Part shown: piece by piece, positions 38,642 through 51,740 of the stretch
How the letters are laid out: the number at the start of each line of letters is the position of its first letter
Position numbering within the stretch: position 1 is the first letter of the stretch
Origin: Octopus sinensis
Lineage: Eukaryota
Reading direction: 5' to 3'
Assembly (NCBI RefSeq): GCF_006345805.1
Contig: NC_043000.1
Span: 163,556,001 to 163,620,000, forward strand
Length of the DNA: 64,000 bases
Position numbers and translations under genes: made by a program
Notes under the pieces: model-generated
What the model saw: only the letters and a program-made list of their open reading frames with translations
The model's database searches: none
Told to the model about the DNA's origin: nothing

Positions 38642-39045
38642 GGGCGCAGGAATGGCTGTGTGGTAAGTAGCTTGTTTACCAACCACATGGTTCCGGGTTC
38701 AGTCCCACTGCGTGACACCTTGGGCAAGTGTCTTCTACTATAGCCTCGGGCCGACCAAAGCCTTGTGAGTGGATTTGGTAGACGGAAACTGAAAGAAGCC
38801 CGTCGTATACATGTATATATATATGTGCGTGTGTGTGTTTGTGTGTCTGTGTTTGTCCCCCTAGCATTGCTTGACAACCGATGCTGGTGTGTTTATGTCC
38901 CCGTTATTTAGCGGTTCGGCAAAAGAGACCGATTGAAAAAGTACTGGGCTTACAAAAGAATAAGAATAAGCTCGATTAAAGGCGGTGCTCCAGCATGGCC
39001 GCAGTCAAATGACTGAAACAAGTAAAAGAGTAAAAGAGTAAAGAG
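38642..39045 (+). mobile_element. SINE family B, full length
   Basis: ggcgcaggaatggctgtgtggtaag head, ccgggttcagtccc B box, caccttgggcaagtg CORE-like segment, (gtaaaaga)n tail. Confidence 0.92.
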
Positions 39046-39199
39046 AATATATATATATGCAAATATACATAACAAACTGAACAAATAAGAAAAGCATTCT
39101 GAACATCAATTGGAAATCGAGCCTGCGATATTCATAATGTTCCTGATGAGGAAATGCACAAACATGCATACATCCATGTGTGTGTGCGCGCGCGCGTGC

Positions 39200-40315
39200 G
39201 TGTATCAAAAAGCTCCTGAACTAGTTCAGTAGCATGCCAAAAGGTTGCAGCACACGGTTGCGTGCGCAATGAAAGCTAGAAGTAACCACCCTGAAGCAGT
39301 GTGCCGAGTGACATCGCCGTGTTTACTTCGCAAGTTGTGAAATTTATGTTTTCGTGAACACCTATATGCTGTAATCTGCGATTTTGTCATGGATATTTTG
39401 CGTTAAACTTGGGAAGTCTGTTACAGAGACATTGAGCATGTTTCGGCGAGCTTACGACAACTAGGCAATGGGTCATAGGCAATGTTTCGAGTGGCATGGG
39501 CGCTTCAGAAGCGGAAGAACGGTCCTGGACGACGATGAGGGATCTGGAAGACCTGACCGTCCACGAGCATTACTGAAAATGTAAAGAAAATTCCTCATCT
39601 TGTGCACGGGGATCGTCAGAGGACAATAAGCGATATTGCTAATATTGTTGGCCTCTCGTATGGGTCCGTGCATGCAATGCTAACGTCTGAATTGAACATG
39701 CGACGTGTCTCTACCAAGTTTGTCCCCCGCCTGCTGACCACTGAACAAAAAGAACATCGTGTTGAAATCTGTCTAGATTTCCGTCAGCGTGCCGCTAATG
39801 GCCCATCCTGCCTGCCACGGATCATCACCGGTGACGAGAGCTGGGTCTACAGGTACGACTCTGAGACGAAGCAGCAGTAATCACAACGGAAGAGCCTTTC
39901 GTCTGCACGGCCGAAGAAGGCACGACAGAGCCGCAGCTCACCCAAGAGCATGCACATCAACTTTTCCACATCAGCGGTAGTGTGCATCGGGAATTCGTCC
40001 CCTAGGGCTAAAACCGTCAATCGAGAGTTCTACTGCAATGTTTTGAAGCGCTCGGGGGAGGAGGTTCAGCAAAAGCGACCGGATCTGTGGAGCGTGAAGA
40101 ATTGGATTCTTCACGACGACAATGCACCCTGTCACTGAGATCTTCTCACTCGTGAATTCCTCGCCCAAAACAACATAGTACCCCTTTCGCACCCAACTTT
40201 TTCACCAGATTTAGCACCTCCAGTCTTCCATCTCTTCTTCTAGATGAGAACGCAGCGCAAAGTTCGCCGTCTTAATATCGTTGCAGAGATGATGAGCGAA
40301 TCGAAGAATGTTCTG
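39200..40315 (+). pseudogene. Decayed mariner DD34D transposase
   Basis: FCVKLGKS, FEWHGRFRSGR, MRRVSTKFVPRLLT (WVPxxL), RIITGDESWVY, WILHDDNAPCH, FSPDLAP motifs in order with frameshifts and stops. Confidence 0.95.
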
Positions 40316-40699
40316 GGGTCGATATGTTCGGCTAAAAAGAGCGGTGCTCTAGCATGGCCGCAATCAAATGACTGAAACAAATGAAAGACCATACACACAC
40401 ACACATATATCAATATATGTGTGTATACACACATATACATATGTGTGTATACACACATCTACGCACATACACACACTCACACACTCACACATAATTATAT
40501 AATTTTTGAGTTTACTTGATTGAAGTAGAGAGTTTGTGATCAGGAAAATAAATTTATCGAAAAATTTGAAAACATTGTATGTGTATATACATATAAATAT
40601 ATACACTAATGGGTAGTGAGGAAGTGCGGGAGAGAGGAAGAGAAAGAAATGAGAGAGGAGTCTTTTGCTTTATGTATATCTATAAATCAAGCAGTGTGT

Positions 40700-40900
40700 T
40701 GGTAGGATCATCAGATTGCCGGAAAATGTGTTTAGTGGCATTTCTTCCGGCATTCCTTTATGTCCTCAATTCGAATCACGCTCAGGTACACTTGGCCTTT
40801 CGGGCTTAATGAAATAAGTACCAGTTAAACACAGGAGTGGATACAATCGAGTAGGCCCCTCCACCCTAAGTGCGGGCCTTGTGTTTATAGCAGAAAGGAT
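40700..40900 (+). mobile_element. Decayed SINE family A
   Basis: aataagtaccagttaaacac...ggccttgtgtttatagcagaaagg. Confidence 0.6.
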
Positions 40901-41662
40901 AATAATTATTTTTATTGAAAAATGTGACTTCAGTGGGAAACACGGTTTCGATTCCCAGTTAAATTACTTAAGTCCAGGATCAATGTACTTGAAAAGGTAT
41001 TTTACAACTTCCTGTTTCTCTTCCCCCCACCCCACCCCAACAAACCACCACCAAAACAACTTTAGCTTCATGTTTATGCATCGACCGATTGTTGATAAAC
41101 GGACATGAAATCCTGTTCAGATTTCACACATGATTGGACAGAAATACCGGATGCCATCAAAACGGAGTGGGGGTGGGGGGAAACAGATTGGGAGATGGAA
41201 TCGATAAGGAAATCAATGACATATGCCTTTTCTGATTTGGTTGGATGTTACCTGTGAGTCATTACGTGTGCGTGTGTGTGTCTGTGTGTGTACGCGCAGG
41301 TGCGTGTGTGTGTGTGCACGTGTGTGTGCGTGCATAATCATACACATACTTCCGCTATCCACACTGACACAGGTAAACACTTAGTCATGCGTATATCAGA
41401 CTGAATAAAAGAGCAAATAAGCAGTATATCAAGGCACACACACACACGCATATACACACATATGTATATATGTATGTGTATATACATATATACATATGTA
41501 CATATACATATATACATATTCATATCCGTATAGACTGGTGTATATTTATACCCTGACACAAATATATTTACATGCACGTACGTATATATATATGTGTGTG
41601 TGTATACATACATACATATATATATATATACACACAGATACACACACACACATATATATATT

Positions 41663-41891
41663 TCTTTACTACCCACAAGGGGCTAAACACAGAGGGGACA
41701 AACAAGGACAGACAAAGGGGTTAAGTCGATTACATCGACCCCAGTACGTAACTGGTACTTAATTTATCGACCTCGAAAGGATGAAAGGCAAAGTTGACCT
41801 CGGCGGAATTTGAACTCGGAACGTAACGGCAGACGAAATACGGCTACGCATTTCGCCCGGCGTGCTAATGTTTCTGCCAGCTCGCCGCCTT
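41663..41891 (-). mobile_element. SINE family A, full length
   Basis: Reverse complement of the 8849-9080 element. Confidence 0.93.
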
Positions 41892-42714
41892 ACACACACA
41901 CATATATATATACATCTGAGTGCGTGTGTGTATATGCAAGACTGATAAATGAGAATAGGTATGTCTTTTTGGTAAAAAAAAGTTAGTTTCACACTCGTGA
42001 GATCTCAAGTTCGATAGAACTGCATCACATACTGGGTAAATGATGTTTCTTTACTACACTTCGTGTAGTAATTAATTAGATGAGCTAATTAGCTAGATGG
42101 AAACTCTGTAAACCTGTTAGATGGTTCGTAGCTATCGATGAAATTGCTAGCATTATCAAACACTGGTTTTACGTGAGGGTTAAGAGTACATCTTACTTTG
42201 ATATACTCAGCCACTTCAACGCTTATAAAATGAGTAGGTAGTCCGGCTGATCAAAAAGCTCGAATAATCATCGTCGAAGCAGTGTCACGTGCATTTCCGA
42301 CAAAGAATCGAAGTCTCACCTGAAAGCAAGAAACTGAGAATCTCAAATTGGAATGACAAGCAATTGAAAAGCGTAACATAAATAGTTGACAGCGTTTTGG
42401 TCGTTGATGTTCTTCTTCGCTCTATGAATTGATTTATGAACAAATCATTCCAATCTTTTTGTCAGACATTTAACACTAGCTTATCTACTCTGTCCGGTCT
42501 GTTTTTAAGCCAGCCGACGTTTCTTTTAATCCAGTAGACGTTTTAAGCGTCGTAACCTCTGACCTATAAAAGTGCCGTCTCTGTTGCATCTTTTGAGACT
42601 TTTCCTTCCCTCTTCAACCAGCGTCAGTTTCTTCTTGCCAAAGAACAACTCTTTTAGACAAGGCTAGTTATTCGATTCGTGGGCGCCCTTCGGATACCTG
42701 AGACTTTCAGCAGC

Positions 42715-43025
42715 TTCTGGTCACTCATATTTTGCACCATCGCCAAAGAGGGGTCCGATTGACCAGCAGCATACTGTGTCCATTTTCCTCCCATTGTCTT
42801 AAATTTCAAATTACGCCAACCCGCTGGCTGGGCGGGAAAACCATGAGTTCTTCAGTTTCGTTAGTTTCCAGTTTCTTGCGAATAGACTATGGACCCGCTT
42901 CAGTAAGATAGTCTTTCCGTAAAGTCAGTAGTCCAGTACCTTTATAGCTTGGCTGGGCCTGCCACAGTGTACGCCCCGCTACTACAGCTACCAAATAACC
43001 ATTATCGCTGTTGAGCTATTGTTAC
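42715..43025 (-). pseudogene. Possible RTE-like LINE 3' end related to the tail of SINE 24098-24406
   Basis: ttcaaattacgccaacccgctggct matches 24179-24203 at 24/25; minus-strand reading RGVHCGRP...ETEELM..QPAGWRNLK resembles an RTE C-terminus. Confidence 0.45.
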
Positions 43026-43156
43026 GACACATAATTTCAGCGACTCCTTTGAAAATATGTGTGTGTGTATGTGTGTGCACGCGCGTGTGTGTCTGTATCT
43101 GTGTATATCTGTGTATGCGTACGTGAATGTATGCGTGTGTGTATGCATGTGTATAG

Positions 43157-43357
43157 TGAGGGGGTGCTGAAAGTTTCTAGCTTTAAGGGTCTCGCAAAAG
43201 ACCTGGTTGGAGGCCCAAGCTTCCGAGTTCTTTTACATGGCTTAGAAAAATGAAGCGAGTGATTCTGAGATGCGAATAGGTTGAATAAAAAAATTATAAT
43301 TAACTGATTCTCCTGTATTTTCTTTTACCCAAAACCAGAAACTTTCAGCACCCCTCG
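43157..43357. mobile_element. Mariner-type MITE
   Basis: TIRs gagggggtgctgaaagtttctagcttt / aaaaccagaaactttcagcacccctcg followed by TA. Confidence 0.85.
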
Positions 43358-43427
43358 TATGTATATATATGTATGTGTGTGTGTGTGTGTGTGTACGTAT
43401 ATGTGCGTGTGTGCATATGTATGTATG

Positions 43428-43490
<63 letters not shown>

Positions 43491-43519
43491 GTATGTATAT
43501 ATACATACATATATATATA

Positions 43520-44160
43520 TATATTTAAATTTAAAATGAGGGTGAAAAATTTGATATTAATTTAATTAACATCAATTTTACACCAGTGGTCTATCATATA
43601 AACAAACTGAAGGTTCAGTAAAATTGTATTATACACATATGAGAGGGATAACCACTATGTGGATACCCTTATGCTAGAAGAAGATCCGCTATGGTCTTAC
43701 CACTAAGAAATGTTCTCAAGAAAAAATTAGCAAACAATCAAAACATAATCGAGCAAGACAAAAGAAAAGCAATAGGAATATGGATTATTCACATACATGT
43801 TTCACTATTACCATATTACGTAATTTTACTAACGTAAAATGTTTGTAGATCTTCAGTGTGACCGTCCAAATGAATATAATTTGAAGAACTGTATACCAGG
43901 ACGTCCACACAAAGTCAGATTTGTAAACAGTTCTACCCATTACAATCGTGGTTACTATTCAAATGTCCTCGTTTTGGTGCGCTAAATTACCGGAAGAAAT
44001 GATACTGCAGAAAATAATTTACTGCAGTGGCCTTTGGCTGTTACGGAACGTATTAATTTAAATTTATATTTAAAATGTGTGTGAGAAATTTGATATTAAT
44101 TTAATTAGCATCACCATTGGTCGAGCATATAAAAGGTTCAGTGAAATTGTATTATATACA
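43520..44160. mobile_element. Penelope-type partial tandem terminal repeat containing a hammerhead
   Basis: Diverged direct repeat 43523-43633 / 44068-44158 (aaatttgatattaatttaatta.catca...aaggttcagt.aaattgtattata) bracketing a hammerhead; adjoins (TA)n. Confidence 0.6.
43790..43860 (-). ncRNA. Minimal type-I hammerhead ribozyme with long helix II
   Basis: CACA-CTGAAGA-tCTA..CAT.TTACGT..ACGTAA.ATG..TAGt-GAAA-CATG-TA-TGTG; canonical core and GUA. Confidence 0.75.
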
Positions 44161-44660
44161 GTGCCAATACACAAAGAAAATTGACTCGATGCAAAAGATG
44201 GGCGACAGGGAGGGGCTAAATGAGCTGAGTCTCTATTCCCGGGAGAGAAAACGAGAGAGATACACGATGATATAGATATGGAAGATCTTAGAGGGTTTAG
44301 CTATTCCAATCCTCGAGCTGGACGGCACTGCATCATACCAAATATCACGTCTTCCCCATCTAAAATAAGGACACAGTACTCCAATAGTATCGGTTCCAAG
44401 GGCACGCTATTTTTCAACATCCTTCCAGGCAACCTTAGAGATCTACATGGTGTTGATGTGGAAGTTTTCAAGGAACGTCTGAACAGGTTTCTATCTGAGA
44501 TGTCAGATGAACCCACATCGCGGCAGGAGACGCAAAGAATGGCAGCTCCGTCCAAAACTTCACCAAAAACAATACCGGAAACAACAGCGAATAACTACAG
44601 GTGGTGCACTAGCATGACCTCAGCCCTGGGCTGAAACCAGTAGAAGATAAAAAATTAAAA
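44160..44660 (+). pseudogene. CR1/L2-type LINE 3' end
   Basis: LNELSLYSRERKRERYTMI*IWKILEG then GRHCIIP...LFFNILPGNLRDL..VEVFKERLNRFLSEMSDEP, a typical CR1-like ORF2 C-terminus. Confidence 0.88.
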
Positions 44661-45106
44661 GTCATAAATAAATATGTGTGCGTGTGTGTAGCACTTTAGT
44701 ATTAAACCAAGTCTCAACGTAGATCATAAATTTGATATGTAAACAATGTGACAAGGTAAATACGATGTATACAAATAAAACGCATAAATGATAAACCAAA
44801 AGTGAATACTTGTTGAAAAAATGAGCCCATGTCTCCTAGATGATATATTGCTGCTTTAACCTGTATTCTCAGATAACTGCGCCAGTTTGTAACTGTCAAA
44901 TGAATATCAGACATTACAGATACGACGACGGTAATTTTTTTTATTTCCCGGCAGTTACATATCGATGCCGGGGACGAGTGACAAGTGAAGAAGGTATGAT
45001 AGGAAATTTGATGATTCGTTGGTGGAGGAGAAAGGAATTGGAAGTTAAAATGGGATCGATATCAATGTAATTTGGTTTATGGATGTTCCAATATTTGAAA
45101 GATGAC

Positions 45107-45275
45107 TAAGGCAGCGAGCCGACAGAATCATTAGAACGCCGGGCGCTCGTCTCTACGTTCTGAGTTCAAATTCTGCCAAGGTCGACTTTACCTTTAATCC
45201 TTTCGGAGTCGATAAAATAAGTACCAATTGAACATTGGGGTCAATGTAATCGACTTACCTCCACCATTTGAACTT
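45107..45275 (+). mobile_element. SINE family A
   Basis: aaggcagcgagccgacagaatcattag...gtcgataaaataagtacc. Confidence 0.85.
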
Positions 45276-45289
45276 ACTGTCATTTATCT

Positions 45290-45480
45290 TTTCTACTTAT
45301 TTCAGTCATGCTGGAGCACCGCCTTGAAAGGTTTTATCCGAACAAATCGAACCCAGGAAATCTTTTAATCATTGTACTTATTCTATCGATCTCTTTTGCC
45401 AAACCGCTACGTATGGGGTACGTAAAAACACCACCACCAGCTGTCGAGCGATGGAGAGGGGGATAAACACAGACACAAAG
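45290..45480 (-). mobile_element. SINE family B 3' part
   Basis: tgctggagcaccgcc...gtacttattctatcgatctcttttgccaaaccgcta. Confidence 0.8.
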
Positions 45481-45488
45481 ACACACAC

Positions 45489-45545
<57 letters not shown>

Positions 45546-45721
45546 CACACACACCCACATACATACATACATATATACATACATATATATATATGTGTGT
45601 GTGTATGTATGCATAACTTACTTGGAAGAGGATACCAAGCATTCAATCATATATTAATATAAATAATATATATATATACATATATACATACGTATATGTA
45701 CATACTTACATCTATACGCAT

Positions 45722-46110
45722 AAATTCATCAGTTGTTGGCTGTTTTTCTACTCTCGTATTTCGAGCATATAACAACAAGATTCGCTTTCGATAAAACAGT
45801 TGCTCCCGCAAAGCTAATTAAATAAAATTTGGGATGTTGCGGAGTGTCAAAATTGGTAACACAAACAGGACAGCGAAAACAAACAGGAATGGGAGCTAAG
45901 CCTAAACGAGGTTGTGGTGGCGAACGTGTACATCAAGCTTGGACATGAAACAGACAATAACACGTCTTCCTTGATCCAGCTACAACGGAGAGAAAGAAAG
46001 AAACACGAGTTAGGAGAAGAAAGATGGCCGATGGTCACGTGGAACCCATGTGAGAAAGGGAGGAAGAGTGAGGGAAAGAGTGTGACAGACAGAGAACTAT
46101 GAACGGGAGA
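45722..46110 (-). repeat. Unclassified interspersed repeat (homolog of 35300-35680)
   Basis: ttcatcagttgttg...cagttgctccc...aaataaaatttgggat...tggtaacacaaacaggacag. Confidence 0.7.
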
Positions 46111-46344
46111 GGAAAAAATTGGAGGATATATGGAATAAGAAAGAGAAATAAACCGATAGACAGACAACAGACAAACACACAGTCTGTCAGACAGACAGAC
46201 ACATAAACTTCTCCCCCTCCTTGTTTTTCATCCTGTCTCCAATTTTTTCCTCTCCTCTTCACAGTTCTCTTGATTTACGCGTTCGCCACCACAACCTCTC
46301 TCTCGCTCCCCCTCTCTCTCTCTCTCTCTCTCTCTCACCTCTCC

Positions 46345-46423
<79 letters not shown>

Positions 46424-46977
46424 AAATATATGGGTGGCTTGGTAGCAATTTTTTCAACCGAAAGGCAAAAATATATGTCACTAAAGCGGCTGAGGGTGTT
46501 ATACAGCACCAGTGTTGCTAGAAATAAGTCTCAAAATAACTCATAGCTACAATAACCAGCATCTCATTGAGTGACAAGGGAGGCAAGCTCCCTAAGCACT
46601 GATAAGCGTGTAAACGTCCCTGGTGTAATAAGTGATAGGCAATAATTTCAGCCACACATTAAAACACTTGCAGAACCCATATGTTGCCAAGAACTTGCGT
46701 ATTACTCTCCTCATACGAACGAAATACATACACACATATACACGCACACACATGCATGCTTGCACACATACGCACAATATATTGATGGATATGCATATAT
46801 ACTTACATACATATGTGCGCCTGTGTGTTTGTGCGTGTGACATATACATACACACCCATATTTGTTCCCACATATGCATATTCTCTATACATCTCTCTTT
46901 CTCTTTCTTCTTTCTCTCTCTGTCTGTCTATATATTATATGTATATATATATATATATATATAGATATATATAATGC

Positions 46978-47012
<35 letters not shown>

Positions 47013-47081
47013 GTACGTATACATATACCATTACACACCCAACGCATAATACTAACAACTAAGCATATATATATATATACA

Positions 47082-47900
47082 TTAGCAGAATTGCCCGGCG
47101 TTGCTCGGGGCTGAATTGCTTGAAAGTACTGTTAATGATTGCACTGAATTATGATGATTATTCAGGCAAATATTGAATAAGTTTACGGTGGGAGATAAGG
47201 ACTTAACGCCAAACGTGTGCCTTGCATTGTTTTGGGGAACCAAATTTCTGATGAGCATTATAGGGGCACTAACTTTAAGTTGAGAAAGTGTGGTGTAGTC
47301 CGGGGTGCTCAAAGGAATTGAGTACCTCTATTGGATAGTTGATGACGTCCTCTGGGTCAGAGTTGTATCGTAGACTGATTACATCGACTTCCCCAGGAAT
47401 GAGTTTTAGCATTTCATCATTAATATGGTGAACAGTTTTATTCCTCGGGGCCAGTATAGCCTTTTGCCAATCCAATCCATATTCTGATAATTAGCTTGTA
47501 AATCTGGGAACACTGCATCTCTGAATCAGAAGGCGTCTTAACAATGGTACAAATGGAATCGATGGCAATATTACCATTTTCATCCCCTGGTATTTTGCCT
47601 TCGCCAAGTGCAAGGAGGGTGTGAGGAAATGCTGTGATGTGATATTACGTCGCATATGAGCACGCATTTGGTGTGAAGTTGGAGTTACTTCGTTTATTTT
47701 TTAAAAATGCATTAAAATGGAAAAAATGATGGTAAATTATTTGTAAAATCATAGACTCATCGTAGACGCGCGCTAATACCCAGAGGGCCTCGATAGAATC
47801 ACGACTATAAGATACCCGGTTTGGTTAAATGCATCGCAAAATGTGGTAGTTAGGAATCTAATCGGAGAGTAACAGACACACAACCTTCTTTTATATAAAT
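47082..47900 (-). mobile_element. Helitron/Helentron deletion derivative with Pif1-helicase fragment
   Basis: Minus strand AILAPRNKTVHHIN..LIPGE..YPIEVLNS..PGL and LKVSAPIMLIRNL (Helitron Rep-helicase motifs); terminal ttagcagaattgcccggcgttgctcggg hairpin; inserted in (TA)n. Confidence 0.88.
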
Positions 47901-48539
47901 ACATACATACACACACACATACATACCACACACACACACACATACATGCATACATACATATACACATAAACCAAGTAAAAAATTTCAGTTATCTCTCTCT
48001 TTCACACATTACTCTCTCTGTCTCTTCACACACACTAACAGAAGCACTTCACTTACACAACATACTGTCTGTCTCCCACACTCCATCAAACACACACCAC
48101 ACACATCAATGAGTCCCATGCACGGTAACTTCAAAGGAACTCCCTCGTCATACAATCGCTTTCTCTTAGTCTCTTTCGCTCTCATTACTATGTAAAAAAA
48201 TAAAAGTTTTTTCATAGTGTCTAAAGAGGAAGTGGGAGGCGTGTGAAAGAATCACTCACTACAGTAAGTGAATTACTTTCATTTTATTCCTTGCCCACTG
48301 TGTGGTGCGTTTGCGTGTGCTGTAAACCAGACTAAGAAGAAAAGCATTTGACAACACACCAGAATGTGAGTTTCTGTAAATTTTGCTTAATTGGAGTTTA
48401 AATTTTAAAAACTGGACCTGGCATGACGCGATGCATTGTACTCTCAAAACTGCTAGGTAAATTGTAATTGAATAAATCCTATATTGTAGATTTGTATAAC
48501 TCCCAAGGGGCAGATAAATCTGCCTTTTATATAAGAGAT

Positions 48540-48730
<191 letters not shown>

Positions 48731-49645
48731 CTAAGTTATTAGTATCTACACGCATTGTGATTGCATATAAAATTTTAAATGTTCTAAAAACAAGCCAATA
48801 TCCAACGCAATATGTGAAGTTTATCAGCACAATTTTATTACCAAACGTTTCATATTTGGTTTTATGCCTCACCATATCAAAATTTGTATTTCGGTTTCGT
48901 TTTATTTTTAGTTTTGATTCTTTTCTTCATGCCTGTCTCTTACTGCCAAACACCATTCTCTCCGACCTAGATATCGGAGAACGCAAACCTTGTATCTCAA
49001 TTATTGCCAGCCGTAAATACACAAATCCAGAAAGAGAACGAATGCTTTTTCCATAAATTCATGAGAATAAAATATAGGTACACATGGACAAGAGAAATGT
49101 CTGACCTTTCAAAATAACCAAACTGTGTCTTATATATTCCTTGCCCTCGCGGCAACTTGAATCCCACCCCACCCCGTTTATACCAATACCATTACCACCC
49201 AACGCATAATATAATTCTATTTGCACCCACCTTTCCACTGTTAAAATATTTATTCAGGTGAATGAATGAATGCATCTCAGAGTTAGTTATATGTTAAAGG
49301 AATCTCTCTCTCTCTCTCTTTCTCTCTCTTTTCTCTCCCTTTCTCTCTCTCTCTCTCTCACACACACTCATAAGGTACGCCACAAACACTCAGAGATACT
49401 ACACACACACACAAAGCCCCACACGTACACACACGTATACTCACACATATTCATTGGGAAACTCAAGCACTTTCACAAAACGCATAATGTATAAATATTC
49501 AAATTTTCAAACGCGAATATTCTTACATTTAGATACATACATGCATAAATACATATGTATACATACATGCACATACATATATATGTTTGTGTGTGCGCGT
49601 GTGTGTGAAAGAGGGAGAGAGAGTGAGTGTGCATGTGTGTGATTG

Positions 49646-49678
<33 letters not shown>

Positions 49679-50494
49679 AGGTATATGTATATATACTGCA
49701 TCCATATTTATTCGTGTAATATACATATAAAAATATTACACAGACACTTACACACACACACACATACATACACACATGTATACATATATATTATTCAGAC
49801 GGTCAATTGACCCCGTTATCAGCGCGTCGGATAGAATGCTTTGTGGTAATCCTTCCGGCTTCTTTCAGAGTTCAAATCTTGCCTTTTCGTTTCGATTATA
49901 AATAATGTAACAGTTGTGTAAGACTTCGATAATTCTTTTTATTGTTTTTTGTGCTTGCATTGTCGTAGAACAGGTAATGGAAAATGGAACTAGCGACACC
50001 ACAATTTCTCCTGAGATGAAGAATGTGAGCCCCTCCCAATCTCCTGCAATTATTAGATGGTGGGGTTGGAATTACTCTTCTAATTGTTATCAATTGTTAT
50101 CAGTGCGGAGGTTATGAATTGCCGGAGCATTTTCTGGAAGCTTGTAAGTGGTTCGATAGAGAATGTTCTTGATGACCAAGGAAGCCGATCGCCAATGACA
50201 AGACGCTGGTGGATTTACAGGAAGCTCTTGTATTTCTAAGCCATATTCCAATATAGAAATAACACCTTGGCCTTAGAGCACAGTCTATCATAAGAAACAC
50301 ACATGCACACACAGACGCACGTACGCATGCACACACAGACACATACACACATACAGAGGCAGGGACGCTCTTACACTTCCGTGCACAAATACACGCATGC
50401 TTCTGCATGTATAGGTCTGTATGCCGCGCTGCATTTCGTATATATGAATAAATGTATGCATATAAACAAACAACTTCAAAGTAAATAACTAATC

Positions 50495-50910
50495 TTTACT
50501 CTTTACTCTTTTACTTGTTTCAGTCACGTGACTGTGGCATTGCTGAAGCACCGCCTTTAGTCGAGCAAATAGACCCCGGGACTTATTCTTTGTAAGTCTA
50601 GTACTTATTCTATCGGTCACTTTTGCTGAACCGCTAAGTTACGGGGACCTAAACACACCAGCATCGGTTGTCAAGCGATGCTGGGGGTACAGACACAGAC
50701 ACGTAAACATATTCACACACATACACACACACAGACATACATATATACGACGGGCTTCTTTCAGTTTCTGTCTACCAAATCCACTCACAAGGCTTTGGTC
50801 GGCCGTGGCTACATTAGTAGACACTTGCCGAAGGTGCCAAGCAGTGGGACTGAACCCGGAACCATGTGGTTCATAAGCAAGCTACTTACCACACAGCCAC
50901 TCCTACGCCT
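50495..50910 (-). mobile_element. SINE family B, full length
   Basis: Reverse complement of 38642-39045. Confidence 0.92.
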
Positions 50911-51429
50911 ATGACTACCATCATTTTTCAAAATTTTTTTCCGAGTATTCAGTAGATATGGCTTGTATAGTTTTTAATAATTCAACGTGCCGTACCCGCA
51001 CGGATAAAACAGTATAATGCGTGGCGTCTATTTTTTTAATGCCTGAGTACATGTGATTGAAGGAAGACAGAATCAATAAATGTGATTGAAAGAAGACAGA
51101 ATCAATATTTTCAAACACAGATATTCTTAAATGCAGAATTTCTAAGTTGCTCCTCATTCCTGTTTTACTGAGGCAGTAGCAATGCGAATACCATTATGAA
51201 ACCACCGTTGGTTTTGAGATTTTTGTGTGCAGGAATATGTAACAAAGACTTCTTCCTTCGGGGTGATAAATCAAGTACCAGTCAGATACTGGAGTCCGGA
51301 AGAGGTAGGATAAAGCTTTTAAAAATGGTGGGAGTATTGGGGAAGGTACTGCCACATTGGCGATATAGCTCGAATACTTGCAACAGAGAAGAAACTTTAA
51401 GTATCCAGATGGTAACATAAGTCGGGTGA

Positions 51430-51740
51430 AGGTGCGTGGCTTAATGGTTAGGGGTATTTGGTTCGCATTCGTAAGGTCGTGATTTCGATTCCCGTCGGTG
51501 CGTAGAGCCCTTCAGCAAGACACTATATTTCATGTTGCTCCACTCAGTTGGCAAACATGAGTTGAACCTGCATTTCAAAGGACCAGCCTTTTCTGTGTCA
51601 CACTAAAAGTCCCTGTGAACTACGTTAAGAGTACGCGTGTCTGTGGAATATTCAGCCACTTGCAAGTTAATTTCACGAGCAAGCTGTTCCGTTGATAGGA
51701 TCAACTGGATCACTTACCGTCATAACCAATGGAGTGCCAA
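51430..51740 (+). mobile_element. SINE family C
   Basis: ggtgcgtggcttaatggttagg...ttaatttcacgagcaagctgttccgttgat. Confidence 0.88.

Noticed and set aside
26371-39160. Other CTGATGA occurrences (26371, 35537, 39144) as hammerheads
   Set aside because: No helix II followed by GAAA, helix III and NUH in the right arrangement.
49914-50117. Small signal-peptide-like ORF MCKTSIILFIVFCACIVVEQ
   Set aside because: Non-ATG start, the hydrophobic stretch comes from a T-rich tract, and no family similarity is recognised.
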